Shown: positions 11,282 through 25,588, counted from the stretch's first letter. The stretch: DNA of 64,000 nt from Octopus vulgaris (GCA_951406725.2 OX597816.1:54436001-54500000); one strand, 5' to 3'. Notes: generated by a model from the sequence alone, not told the origin. Translations and numbers: made by a program.

Positions 11282-12379
11282 GTATATATACAGGTATACA
11301 CACACAAATACACACACACACACACATATATATATACACATTCATAAATACACCCACGCATATATAGGCACATGCACATACATACAGATCTCTCTATCTA
11401 TAAGATGAATAGGCTTACGGGGGCACACAGTGAAGGTGAAAGCTGGAGGGAAAAGTAGGGGTGTGTAAAGGGTGGGCATCGGTTGAAGCGGAAGATGTAG
11501 GTCAGTCTTCTGAAATATATCAAAGGTATTATATTACCTCAACATATTCTTTAGCTTCCCGTGTGCATGCGCTGTATGATAGGGGTTGGGTTTCTAGGTT
11601 AGGTGTGCTGACGATGTGTGAGCTGTTTAAAATACTATTTATAAGGAATAAAAGTGGATCCGAAAATAGAAATTTGGAAATGGGGAAGGGCGATTTTGAC
11701 AAATAAGGACATCCTGGCATCTCTCCCGCTCCCTATCTATCCGTACATATATGCATATATGCATACATGTATAATAAATAATATGTATATGTGTACATAT
11801 ACATACATTTATGCTTACGTACCTAAATAGATATATATGTGCATACATATATACCCGTACATACTTACATACATATGCAAGCAGGCATGCATATATCCAT
11901 TGATATGTATACTGTGGAAGTCAACTTGTGACCGAGTAAGACCGCTTCCTAAACTGAGTAGGTCTGTTCAAAAGTTCCAAGAGTCCAAGAAATTCCTGTG
12001 CATGGATTCATTTTGAGAGGATAAAATATTGCAGTGCACTAATGGACCGATTTTCCAGCTTCAATACGAGAAATTAACTGCACTTCAGGTTTACCTTTAC
12101 CTAAGAAGTTCTAAAGAGAATTAGATGTCCTTCACTCCTATGCTTCGCATGCTAGTAAACTTAAAGCTGGGACTCTAACTGGTGCTACTACTGCGGCTTA
12201 GAGTGGAACTGGGAACCATAATGGCCAAGAGGTGATTCCACACTCCTCAAAATCCTGGAACACCTGTACCAGTTCTCCAGTATCGATCGCAGTTTAAAGT
12301 CGTATCCAGGACGTACATACATATAATCAATAAATCAATCAACTAATATATTGTCAGCTGCAACGCCCGGACTTAACGT

Positions 12380-13035
12380 TACTGGAATCAAACGAACTTT
12401 ATCTCGAAAACTGCTTGAAGACTGTCGCTAATAGTCAAAGAACTGCAGAAGAAAAGTGGGCCATTGAGAAAATAAAAGCAAATCGCCAAGTGTTTTTTGC
12501 CTTCGACAAAAAAGCATAAGATCGCTGTGTGGTCTGTTGGGCCTCTGATACATGAAGATGGTACTCGACACAGTGGTGCATAAGACATGGTTGAGATTCT
12601 ACAGAAGCAATACTGTTCCACTCTCAGCAATCCCCAATATGGTTAATCCTGACAACATCGGTGAAGATAACCCCAAACACGCCCTATCCATTTGACGCCT
12701 CGGATTTCGTGGCAGGTATTAACAAAATTACAAACAACTCAGCTGTATACTCCAACAGGTTCCTCGCTAGGGTCCCGAAGGAGCGCCGTCACCAACTGTC
12801 ATTCCCTTTAAGCTATTCACTGGATGAACTCACTGGACACTGGTCATATTCCTGAAACTTTTTTATCCCATCTGATTATCCCATTTTTCAAAAAGAGCAA
12901 CAAATCGTTGACAGTGGATTGCCGACCGATCTCATGAAGCTCTCATATCATCAAATTATTTGAGAGTGTGGTGAGATCTCGAGTAACTTACATCCTGGAA
13001 CGTAACAATCCCAATCAGCATGGTTCCGCAGTATT
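12380..13035 (+). pseudogene. Degenerate CR1-type reverse transcriptase fragment
   Basis: IIPFFKKSNKS..DCRPIS..SHIIKLFESVV (start of RT domain); many stops and frameshifts. Confidence 0.7.
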
Positions 13036-13405
13036 TCGTATTTCATGTTTTTTTTTACGTTCTATGACGGCCTGCACCCATATATGCATATGCATATACA
13101 TACATTTATATGTATGTACATATAGGTATGTATATATGCATGCATATATATATATATTATTTATATTATATTACACACACACACACACACACATATATAT
13201 ATGTATAAATTAGTGTACATTTAAACATTTTTGACTGTTCCTTCTAGTATGTAAGGCGGCCTGTTAAGGCTCACCTCTGTTTAAATGTCCACTAATTTTT
13301 ATATGAAAAATATGTTTGTTGACTTTGTATACATGCTAGGCCACTGGTAGAAAATTTCTACAATTTTTCCTGCCCTATATTAATTTTAAGAAATATGTGT
13401 ATATA

Positions 13406-13472
<67 letters not shown>

Positions 13473-13475
<3 letters not shown>

Positions 13476-14250
13476 CAGTTGGAATTTACAAAAAAGAAAA
13501 ACAAAAGACGATGACAGGTGAGTTAACAACCAACAGGTGTATTTGTTTAACGCTCGGGAACGCTCTTGAACAGAAAGGACCACGAGAAAATAATCAGAGA
13601 ATGCTCTAGTAGCTAGCGGTCAATGATGGCGATGACCGGACAGAGGTGGTCAGACAGGAGAGCTAGGAAGAAGGGGAAATAATAAAGTAGTGGTGTTCTC
13701 AAAACGAAGGTGCGCGTGCGTTTTTATGTGAGAGCGTGTGTGTACGTGTGGATGGGGGCTGGTGACCTTGACGTGTGGGTGTGTGCATGTGTTGGTGTGT
13801 GGATGACGTTGTGGGTGCTGGGAAGTCGTCAGTGCTATGTGTGCGGGGTGAGGTAATGTGATGTGGTGTGGGTGCTGGGAAGTGGTCAATACTAATGTGT
13901 GCAGGGTAGTACGATGTGGTGTGGTGGTGTGGTGAGATGATGTGTGGTGTGTTGTGTGCTGTGGTGGTGTGATGTGTGACATGTTGTGGTGTGGTAGTGT
14001 TGGGGTGAGGGGATGTGAGATTGGGGGAGGGTTAGGGTTAGGGGTAGTGTATGCGGGAGTGGGATGTCAGGATGTGATGGAGTATGTGGGAGTGGAATGT
14101 GTGGGGTGGGATGGGCTGGGATGTATAGGGATGGTGGTTTGCGATGTGTAGGGGTGGGTAACGATGAAGAGAGTGGGTCGAGGGGAGAAGGTGGGTGAGA
14201 GTAAAGAGAGGAAGTGAATACGGATATATATATACATATATATACCCTTG
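13473..14250 (-). mobile_element. Possible Penelope-like tail with long CA/CCA-rich low-complexity body
   Basis: Starts at a (TA)n array like the other tails; strongly GT-skewed body; no intact ribozyme core seen. Confidence 0.35.
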
Positions 14251-14703
14251 CAAGCATACATACATAGTATAAAATTCTTTATATCTTTACAAACATGCAT
14301 TATACGCACACATACACATGCGTAAATACTTATATGTATACGGCTATACTTACTCATATATGCATACTCACATATACACGCTCCCGCTCTTGCGCGCGCT
14401 GACTTGGGGTAATAGCAAGTCCATTCTAATATACAGCAATTTTATTTTTGTCTTCTTCATGCTCCTCCTCCTCCTCCTCCTCCTCCTCCTCCTCCCGTTC
14501 TCCTCGTCCTCCCCCCTCCTCCTCGTCCTCCCATTTCCCCTCATTCCCCCTTCTCTTTTCCATCATTATCATCATCTTTATTTTTTTGTCGTAATCATAA
14601 TCATCGTCATGATAATCAGCATCGTTGTGGTCGTGGTCGTCTATCTGTCTGTCTGAGTGTCAGATGACTGCCTGTCTGTCTGCATGCGTGTCTGTCTGTA
14701 TCT

Positions 14704-14767
<64 letters not shown>

Positions 14768-14768
14768 C

Positions 14769-17700
14769 CAGTGGCGTGCGGTGACTTCCGGCGTTGGGCA
14801 TGCAATTAATTTCATCCCCCCCCCGGCAATTTTTCAGTAAAACATTTTCGTATTCCTACGATTTACATATAAGAGATTCTGAATATGCAGAATAAACAGG
14901 GAATAAAAAATGGCTGTGCAGAGAGGATCCTGAAATAAGTGTATTGTTTGTATTATTCTTTGCTCTTCGAAACGTCAGTACTTTCCCATCCTCATTCTCC
15001 CTTAGAAAAGTCTAAAAATCATAAGTGAAATGTAATAAAGATGAAATTGGATTCTGTCAATATTTTTGCATATTCAGAATCTCTGTTAAAGGTAGGAATC
15101 CGAAAAAAATTTTCACATAAATTCGTTTTTCAAAGGGGTGCGATTCTGCATTAGCCCCTATACCTATCGGTTGAGCTGAATGAAATGATTTAATTAAAAG
15201 AACACATTTAGTTACATTATATGGCCATGGTTTTAGATCGTTACGCTCTCGAAGACAAGTCAGGTTCTTTATCATGCTACTTGTCAATTCCGGGAAAATT
15301 ATTGACTGTTCTGAGACTTACTGAACTCCGTACATTAAAGGACTACATCTCACGCACAAACATTGAAAATACACGCATATACATGAATACGCACACAATG
15401 AAAGACAGCAAAAATTCAACATTGTAAAAAGCCTCCCAAAACTGTTGTGGCAGAAGTCAACATCTCTGAGATTGAAACAAGACACTTATTGAAAGTGAAA
15501 CAAAACACTTATTTACGGCCGTAAATAGACTACACCCAGCAGCACAGAAAGGGAAATCTATGTAGGTAGGTTTCACGAAGAAATCAAAACATTTCTCCTG
15601 CGAAACAATACTGATGTAAGAAGGTCGAACCTTACGTTATAACAAACACTAAGCAAAACCTGTAATATATGCTCTTTAATATATATATTTTTTAATGTTT
15701 TAAAATGTTACTTAGCTCATTTATAAATTAATTCAATTCTTCGATCTTTCTGGGCAAATATATCTATCACATTTTCATAGAAATCTTCTCTTTTCATCAA
15801 TTCTTGTAATAAATCTTTTTCAATTGACATTAGTGCTAACCCAGACAGTCTTCTTTCTCCTGTCGCATTTCTTTGGTATGTTTTAATTCTACTTAATGCA
15901 GAAAAGGATCGCTCTACAGAAGCAGTGGTAGACGGAATTGTCAAAATCAACTTGCACAGATTGAAGAGTTCTGGCATAGCTTCAACAAGATCAGTGCTGT
16001 TAATGTAACTCATTAAATGACTTACACTTGGTTTTTTAAAATATTTCATTGAATACATCACATTGAGCTCACTTTGTAATCGTATTACATCAAAAAATCT
16101 GCCATAAGTTGTTCTTAAAGAATCTAAAGAGTCCACAGGAAATTGTTTGCAATACTCATCAACTTTGTTGAAATTCAAAAGTTCCATGAATTTAAACTCT
16201 TCTAAGGATGAATATCGTGCTTTTATTTGGTCAACTATTGTACTTATAATTTTGTTATAAAGCGTTCTATAATGTCGTTGGGGATCAATAGATATATTCT
16301 TGGATCTCTGAATTCCGATTCCTGCATCGACTCCATATTTTTCCCCTAACCTATCATAAAAGACTGAAAAATTATCAAGTTTGTTTTCGAGTACAGTTCT
16401 AGTTTTATCTATGTCATGACTTTTACTCTGGAGTATGTTAAATAAGACGTCAGTAAAAGAAAAAATGTCACTGAATACCTCTAACAAAAATAAGAAATCA
16501 GGAGCTTTTAAAGTGTGTAAGAATCCAATTGCTGAATTTATGGTGGTCTCATCCCATGCTTCAGGATTTTCAATAATGTGTTCAAAAAGGCTGATTATGA
16601 AATTATAATTTTCCTTTGTGGTAATAATAAGACGTGAGGAGTAATTCCATCTAGTTGCTGTTGCTTTCGGAAATCTTTTTTTAACAATATTATCTAATGC
16701 ATTAGTCCTTTTCGGTGATTTCGTAAAAAATGTACCGAGTCCATTTATTGTAGAAAAAAATATCTTGCATTCTTTCATAGCAGAGCATTGTGAAAGAACT
16801 AAATTTAGGATATGGGCACAACAATGAATAAAGATCGCACATTCATATTTCTTTCTTACTTTTGCCTGTAACCCATTTAGTTGTCCTGCCATTGTAGCGG
16901 CACCATCATATGTCTGCGCAATCAATTTGTTTCCACATTCCCACGTCTCAATGCATTTAAAAACATGTTCAGATAAAGCATTTGCAGATCGATCTGCACT
17001 AACATCACTAAAACCGATAAATCGTTCTTTCGTCACACAGTCTTCTGTAACATAACGTAAAACTGTTGACAGTTGTGAAGATGCTGAGACATCAGATGTC
17101 TCATCAACAAGAATAGAAACAAACTTAGCTTGGTCAATTTCCTTCTGCATCTCATTCAACATAACTTTATGAATTGCTTCGATCAAGTCATTTTGAATTC
17201 TGTTCGACAGACCAGTGAAGATAGAAGCTGTATCTAAATGACTTTCCATTTGTTTGTCATACTTACTGATCAAATAAACGAGTTCTTTATAATTTCCCCG
17301 ATTATTAGAGCCTTCAGATTCAAAATGACCCCGAAACGATAATTCCTGGAGGCCTAAAAAAATAACAACATCGATCAATCGTTGCAGAATGGATCTGTTT
17401 CGTCGAACTTTCTCATTATGCTGTTGTATGCTTTGATTTTTACGTGCATCTAATTGTAAGTCTATGCGAACATTCCCGAATATTTTAAGGTCTATCAAAC
17501 ATTTTATATGCCTTTGAGAACGCTCGTGCTTTAGCATAGCCATATGTAAATTATTTAAATCATCATAGCCTTTATCATTCCAAACATTTTTTTCTAAGCC
17601 AAAAAGTAAACACGGTCAACAGAATAATTTATTAAGAGCAACACTTCCAGTTAACCATTTCTTCTTTTCATACGAATTAACCTGAAATTGTCTCGAGAAT

Positions 17701-18531
17701 TTCTTGTTGTAGCTTCGCAAATTAGGTAAATTCGGTGTTGGTCTCCCGCGATTTATAATTAATTTTTTCCCATCGAAGTCCCTTTTAGAAAAACTAGTTC
17801 TCAAAATATCGTTTATAGCACACATTTCACTCATTTTGAAAAAGGCTGCTCTTATTTAAGGACCCACGAGGAAGCGCCGGCGTAAATTTTAAGTCAATTT
17901 CAACAAAACGGAAAAATACCCTTTGTTAAATTAATTTAAGATTAATTAGCTATTTCTGAAATAAGAAATATAATGTAGATATTTTTGCTTTCAAAACTTT
18001 CTAAAAATATGATAGTGCAAACGGATGTTTTGGATAAAAAATTTCAAACTTACATGCGAAGGCTATTCCAACATTTCAGCTGGCTAAAACAAGAATTATG
18101 GGACGGCTCTTGTTCCGGTCAAAATAGCCAGAGGCGTGATATGCGATCTAAGCACAGCATGACACGCCAAACTGAATTTGTCGAATCGCTGAGAGAGAAG
18201 GGGTGACCATTCCTCGTAGTATATCTTTTAAACAAAGAAAGAGGGAGAAGGGACAAACTATCAAAGACAGAGAGAAGGGACTCATGCTGTCTTCCCAACG
18301 CATGACAAGCGATAAATTTATCGAGTCACTAAGATAGAGAGAGAGAGAGAGGAAGGAAGGACAAACTAATACAGACAGAGAGGGAGTGTGTATCATGCGA
18401 TCTTCTAAAAGCATTTATCAAAGCAGATGTACGAAGTGGAGACAATATTTCTAAAACAACTGGACGTATTTTCTTTGAAACAAGGAAGGCATGCAGCGCA
18501 TACCTTGCATTGCTGAGAGTGCACGCCCCTG
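14769..18531 (-). mobile_element. Complete hAT DNA transposon (Tip100/ZMYM1-like), 3763 bp
   Basis: TIRs CAGTGGCGTGC / GCACGCCCCTG (11 bp, 1 mismatch); perfect 8-bp TSD CTATCTAC at 14761-14768 and 18532-18539. Confidence 0.95.
15717..17834 (-). pseudogene. hAT transposase, 705 codons, single in-frame TGA at 17616-17618
   Basis: The 72-aa and 608-aa ORFs are in one frame: LFC*PCLLF..HERSQRH zinc finger, FSILVDETSD-like motif, YDGA, HCCAHILNL, TRW, C-terminal PSTTASVERSFSAL dimerization motif. Confidence 0.9.
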
Positions 18532-19753
18532 CTATCTACATACCTATCTATCAATCTTTATCGTTTCTATACACGTGGTTTAGACACCAGTAAACCGCAC
18601 ATACATATCTGAATTATTTATGTATTTATATTTTCATTCGTTAATTGTTACAGTCTGTCCTTCCATAATATGCGATACAGTGCAGCCAACTGCTGTGCAC
18701 TTAAGTGGCCATTAGAAACTATCATTAAAGTACGCCGAAAGATTGTAGATATTGAAGATAGATTCTATATAAGCACTTTCACCGCAGCCTTGATCAATAT
18801 TCATTGTTATATTACACCGGTCGTTGTAAATACACATATATACACCTGCCATTCTTAGCTCTCTGCATTCAATTTTCATATATGGCCGTCTTTATGTGCA
18901 ATTCTACATCAATCTACTTGTAGTCTACACTACTTATAATGTATAAATGGACATACATACTCATATACACATATGATTATGCATATATACGTACGTACAT
19001 GCATATATATATATAATTCTATATATGTAAATATATATACATATGTGTATATGAATGTGTATTATATGTGAATATACATACATACATATGTATATGTATA
19101 TATATACATATACACACACACACACATATATATATATTTGTATATGTACATGTGTCTGTATTTCATCTGACGCACGTGTAATGAACGTAATCGTATTTCA
19201 TTGTTAAGTCTCACCGTAATTATAGCAATTGTAAGACGTTTTACAGTTGTGCTTAATAAGTTTCCTTATCATTAAACATTGCGAAATGATCAATGTGACA
19301 TCACTCAAAACATCTTCAGTGATTAGAGTCAATGCTTTTCTCTTTATTCATTAGTGTTACCAATGAGTATAATAACTTCAGAAGCTAATTAACATGCATT
19401 ACATTTCATTAGCAAATTGTTTTCGCTAAAAAAAAAAAAATGATGCTACAAAATGGAATCAATAGTTATTTTGATGGAAACATAAACAAGACATAAGGAA
19501 GTAGTTTCTAAGTGGTTTATTTTTCATTCGGAAACTGCACTTGAAGTGGTTCAGGAATGATCATCATCTGTGGTTTGGAGTTCGATATGGAAGTCAGCAG
19601 TCAAAAAGTGAAGCGAAAGTTATGAAGAGATTATCATAAAGAATTTATGGGGAGTTTGTTAAGATAGGCCGCGTGGGGAGTTTATGGAGATAGGAGATCG
19701 GGCGGCGGGAACGTCTAATGGTTGATACATTGACGATATTCTATTTAATTATA

Positions 19754-19983
19754 GGCGGCGAGCTGGCAGAAACGTTAGCACGCCGGGCGAAATGCGTAAC
19801 CGTATTTCGTCTGCCGTTACGTTCTGAGTTCAAATTCCGCCGAGGTCGACTTTGCCTTTCACCCATTCGGGGTCGATAAATTAAGTACCAGTTACGCACT
19901 GGGGTCGATGTAATCGACTTAATCCGTTTGTCTGTCCTTGTTTGTCCCCTCTGTGTTTAGCCCCTTGTGGGTAATAAAGAAAC
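19754..19983 (+). mobile_element. SINE family A, full length with 18-bp TSD
   Basis: TSD GATATTCTAT(T/C)TAATTAT at 19735-19752 and 19985-20002. Confidence 0.92.
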
Positions 19984-20369
19984 AGATATTCTATCTAATT
20001 ATGAGATATTTCATTACCTCAAATTCTCAGCGAGTTTAACCAATATAAACCCCATTTATGGCCGAACACAGCATAACTTCTGTTGTCAAACTTTACTCCC
20101 ATCGTGAGTTCGAATGCCAACGATTTCCAGTGAATATCAAGGAAAACTTGGTTCTCAATTTTCAGTTATTAGTTGTTTGTATATAGATAGAAATGACTGA
20201 GAGATGGGTGGTAGAACAAAATGAACACCATAGATCTTGCATGCTCTAATTCCTATAATTCCAGCCAAAACTACGACAGACTTTCCTTTAAGGCAGCATG
20301 CCACTAATCTTTATTTTACACACACACATATACACACACATGAATACATATAACATGTATGTATGTATG

Positions 20370-20522
20370 TCATTGTTCAGTTTTATTGCAAGGTTTTTTC
20401 GCCATAGGAGAAAGAACCGGTTTCTAACAAAGATCGAAGGCTCCTTCATTGGTATTTCAACATCAACAAAAGGGTATTTTTGTCTGTCTGTCTGTCTGTC
20501 TGTCTGTATGTATGTATGTATG

Positions 20523-20556
<34 letters not shown>

Positions 20557-20905
20557 TGTATGTATGTTTGTATGTATGTATGTATGTATGTATGTATTTA
20601 TGTATGTATGTATGTATGTTTGTATGTATGTATGTATGTATGTATGTATGTATTTATGTATGTATGTATGTATGTTTGTATGTATGTATGTATGTGCAGA
20701 TTTGTATGTTTTACTTTATATATGTATTCTCATGCATTTAGTTGCATATCTAGACATGCTCATATATAGTTAAATAATAAGCTTCCGGAATGTTTTACAG
20801 ATTTTTACAGTTCCAGTGATGGATTGGATCTGTTGTCTTTGAATCAGCTTTCTCCTTTCTTGTTTTGAGAAGCCTAATTTCTCAAGATTGCTATTTAGGC
20901 AGTGT
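20370..20905 (-). mobile_element. 3' end of an RLE-type LINE associated with (CATA)n
   Basis: [24 protein letters not shown]-terminus; 3' UTR with internal (CATA)n; terminal ~110 bp matches 42260-42367. Confidence 0.65.
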
Positions 20906-21029
20906 GTTATAAATGTATGCATGCATACATGTATGTATGTATGTATGTATGTATGTATGTATGTATGTATGTATGTATGTATGTATGTATGTATGTATGT
21001 ATGTATGTATGTATGTATGTATGTATGTT

Positions 21030-21088
<59 letters not shown>

Positions 21089-21589
21089 AATAAGTTTTGT
21101 ATGGTACAACAATGCACTATAATACAGACAATGGGCTATATACATGTTGTAATTTAGTCATCCATAGTCTGATATGATATTTCGGAATAATATTCCTACT
21201 TCAGATATTCTTCGATGGAGTCACTGCTATAATCGGTTTTCTAACAGCTTTTCTATTTTTTGGGAAGCGTCTTAGCGGTGGTCTCATGATGCTCCTTCCA
21301 GAATTCTTCATGAGGAGTGTGTGAGGTCGGCCACGTCTTAATCTCGTGTGTGTCGGTACATCCGTAGCGCTGTTTCTAAGTTACATATTATACGTGCAGC
21401 TGCCTTATTTTCCCTTCTTTTCTTCTCTTCTCTTTTTTTTTGTTATAAAATACAGATGAGCATATTATCAAAAATGAATCTGCACGCATCCGGATGTAAT
21501 CCAGATATATTGATTACGCAGAATAAAACGAAGAGCAGAAGAGTAAGCAGCAAAAGAGTCAGAAAAAGAACGGGGAGGATGCGCATATC

Positions 21590-21905
21590 AGGAGTACTTT
21601 TGAGGAGTTTTGGAAAGCATGAATGTTTTGGAGAATGCAGTGTCCTGCCAGGTGCAGTGTCAACCATTATGAGCAGTTTGTTCCATGCCTCGACAATTCT
21701 GAGAGTGGAAAAAATGTTTCCTAAAGTCATGGGTGCTGTTCTGTTGTTTAATTCTTTAAGCATATCCATGAGTGGTAGAGATATTGAACGAAAAGGTGTG
21801 TGACCGTAGTCGTTGTTGGAATTTAGGGCAGATAAGGTAAATAGGTTGTTGGTAAAAAGGTGGAAAATGGTATGGGCTTCTAGCAAGCCAGCTGCAAGAT
21901 GTCGA
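21590..21905 (-). mobile_element. CR1-clade LINE C-terminal fragment
   Basis: YGH...NIFSTLRIVEAWNKL, resembling the CR1/L2 FF..RVV..WN.LP motif. Confidence 0.6.
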
Positions 21906-22575
21906 GGCTAAATATTCAAGAATCGGCGACTGATGAAGGGCACTCGTCTGGTTGCATGTCTCTTGACAGCTTCCAACAGATTGCTATTCTGATCGTGGTG
22001 GCGGCTTCAGACAACAGTCTCTGGGTCACGTTCACTAGCTGAATAATATCTACAACCGTTATGTTTTGCAGCACTCCCATACTGTACAGGGCAAATGTTA
22101 TATAATAGAGCTGATATACGGGGAACCAGTAAACATCACGTAATATACCGTGGCTAAAAGCACCAGATTTTATTTACTTCATCCTTTAGACATTGAACTT
22201 CAATAAATGAAGTCAATATAAAAAAGTGCTTTAAAAATAAATTGCTATTAATTCTAAATAACTTATTAAAATCCCCAGCCTAAACTATCTGACACTTGCA
22301 AATTAAAGATAATCATTGACGTTAATCTATTTTCAACAAGATTAGTTTTTAATTAATTCTTGACAACAAAAGCAAATTTCGAAGATAAACAAAGTCGATA
22401 TTTGATGAAAGAATTTTTCTGTCGGAGAGAAATTCGATATTATGGAGTTGTTCTTGTTGCTGTTGTTGACGGCGTCGTCGTCGTTGTTGTTGTTGTTGAT
22501 GTTGATACATGAAGACATATATCATTGATATTGTACATCAATAATGTGTGAAGGTAAATTTAATTGATAATGACC

Positions 22576-22609
<34 letters not shown>

Positions 22610-22899
22610 GTGTTTGAGTGAGAGAGAGTGAAAGGTCTTCAGTAGTTTGTTATTAACCAGGAATGGTTTATAGAAAACCTGGTTTCAGACACTCGTCTGC
22701 GGCCAACACAAAACCTCATTCACATTCACATATACAGAATGCTGCGCAGAGTCACAGGTTTATAACTTTGAACAGTGATACGCATATTATGCATACACAG
22801 ATCCCTCCCACCACATATATGTAGATATTCATACACTTCTTACACAATAGTCGCTTCTCTTCTCTCTTTGTCTCCGTGTCTGTCACTGTCTCTCTCTTG

Positions 22900-22942
<43 letters not shown>

Positions 22943-23079
22943 CATATATACATATATGTGTATATATATGTACATATATATGCATATATGTATATATATA
23001 TGTATATATATGTATACATATATATATACATACATATATATATATACATATATGTGTATATATACGTATATATATGCAA

Positions 23080-23135
<56 letters not shown>

Positions 23136-23155
23136 GTCTATATATGTATACATAC

Positions 23156-23234
<79 letters not shown>

Positions 23235-23866
23235 TATTTATACATACATATAGATCATACAAACAGAAACGCACACAAGTACACGCACCCCCTCTCCTTC
23301 TCCCTCACACACACATCGAACCAGCCATATTATTTTGTCCTGATGTAGTCTTCAGTTCTTTCACAGCAACATCGATAAACGCAATGCATTTGAAATGTAG
23401 CAAAGCAATTATGACTCTGATGATGACTGTAGTGGCGGTGGTGATGGTGATGCTGTTCATGATGGAACGTTGATGATGCCAGTGATGGTGATGATGGAGA
23501 TGTGTGGTAGGGGTGGTGAGATGATGGTGGTGTTAACGACCACGACAACGACGAGGCTATTAATAAGAAATTGTTAATTAGGACAACTCGCTGACACTTG
23601 TTCAAGAAAACTGTGGCGTCCATGTTTGACAGCAGTTTTGTGGTGCACAGTTGATAGGTGACTCAAGCACAACAACAACAACAACAATGCACGTCAATGA
23701 TGGTGGGGGTGGTGGTGGTAGTGGTGGCGGTGATAGTATTGGTGATGGTAATGTCGACGACAACGATAAAGATGATGACGATAGCGGCGGTGGCGATGAT
23801 TATATGATGGCGATAATAGTGATGGTCATGATGTCAATAGTGATTAGCATAACGATGATGATTGCA

Positions 23867-23897
<31 letters not shown>

Positions 23898-24264
23898 CAG
23901 CGTGGCAAGTTCTGAAGTATCTAATCTCTGTCAAATTGATGTTGATGCTGTTAATATTTAAAACAGTCAAGTATAAACAATTCAGATATTGAACTTTAAC
24001 GAAAAATCGATAATTGCGTGAGTGTTGTTAGAGAGGGCTATGAGTGTAGATAGTGAATAGAGGGGGTGAGTGTAGTTACTATGGTAGGAAACACTCTCAT
24101 ACACCCACATGTTTGGTTATAATAAAAACAAATTTACATGAATCAAAATAGTTACTCTGTGCATTTGTAGAGTATGAATTTCTTATTCTTATACGAGAGT
24201 GTTGTTCACAACAATCTCGTATGTATATATATATATATATGCGTGTGTGTGTATGTATGTATAC

Positions 24265-24306
<42 letters not shown>

Positions 24307-24309
<3 letters not shown>

Positions 24310-24650
24310 CAAAATAAGGTCAAAAGAAAAATTTTAATGCCAAATATGCCGAAAAAAAGACAAAATTGTCAAATAACCATTATAATTTATGCGTCTCGAA
24401 ACAAACTGATAGAAATTTCTAAAAAATCCGTTATTACCGTATTGGTCCCAATTTCGGGGTTAATTCATAAGAATTTCCCCCTCTTCAGCAATAAATATGT
24501 GAGATATAAGTGAAATACTTACTCATACCCATGGAAAAAGCAAGCACTAAGTCCTGAGCAGACCTAAGTACCCCAAATATATCCCAAATAGAAAATCTTT
24601 GGCACATCTAGAGACACGTGTGATTCGAACTAGAAAGTTTCACAGAGTGA
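24307..24650 (-). mobile_element. ~340-bp hammerhead-containing non-coding element, copy 1
   Basis: Same sequence and same ends as 35557-35894; abuts (TA)n. Confidence 0.85.
24434..24494 (-). ncRNA. Type I hammerhead ribozyme motif
   Basis: ttattg CTGAAGA gggg..cccc GAAA ttg ggac caa TA cggtaa. Confidence 0.75.
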
Positions 24651-24715
24651 AATATATATATATATATGTGTGTATGTGTGTGTGTGTGTGTGTGTTTGTG
24701 TGTGTTTATGTATAC

Positions 24716-24763
<48 letters not shown>

Positions 24764-24806
24764 TAAATGATTGAGGCAGAAGATAGAGTGCATAGGAAAC
24801 TTTATT

Positions 24807-24916
24807 TATCACAACAACCGTTTCGGCAAATTTCTACACTGCACCCAAGTGGGTAGGGAACGATATAATGAAATCTAATGCACCTCACAATTCGAAAGAA
24901 ACCTCATCAGATGACA
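24807..24916 (-). ncRNA. Type I hammerhead motif with long stem II insertion, in a (TA)n-anchored tail starting at 24761
   Basis: tgtcat CTGATGA ggtttct..agaaatttgcc GAAA cggttg TT gtgata. Confidence 0.6.
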
Positions 24917-25588
24917 TAAAAGGCTTCTAAGTTATAAAATTTACATTTTGCTTATAGGTGTAGTTGGATAATATTGTTAGCATTGGTGAATGTGTGTGTG
25001 TGTGTGTGCGTGCTTGTGCATGTGTGAGTGTGTGTGTGTGTGTGTGTGTGAGTGTGTTTATTATTTAAAATAGTAAAACAGGTTGATTCATTTCAGTGCT
25101 ACATTAAGTTTTGTAGGCCCCTAACGGTAGCCTGACCCCTTCAGGATTTGGGTTTCCGGCAATCCAAAGCCTAAAGGAGTCGAGCTCTCGTTATATCTAA
25201 ACCTTCGGTTCATCCTAGGGTCGCTCTAATGATTTCTCCCGTCTACCTGTCATACTCTTTGCATTCAACCCTAATTGTACCCTACACAATTATTATACTT
25301 CAGTTCACTTTTAGTCTTAATAGTGGCAACACCCTGAATAAGCAACCTGTGTACATTTTTAATTAGGAAGAAATCTGGACTCAGAAGAATCAACAGCATG
25401 CAACTGAACACCATACAGCAAGATGTCCATGCAGCAGAAACATAGAAACGTACGTCAGACACAGATTTAAAGAGAATATACTATATGAATGACTGTAATA
25501 ATAATAATAAAAAACTGTGCAGATGTGTACTTCTCCTTATTTATTTGAATTGCACACACACACACACACACACACACGCACGCACGCA

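Noticed and set aside
21928-21975. Plus-strand CTGATGAAGGGCA possible hammerhead
   Set aside because: GAAA and stem I are missing.
25112-25286. Solo LTR (TGTAGG...CCTACA)
   Set aside because: No target-site duplication, second copy or convincing PBS/PPT.
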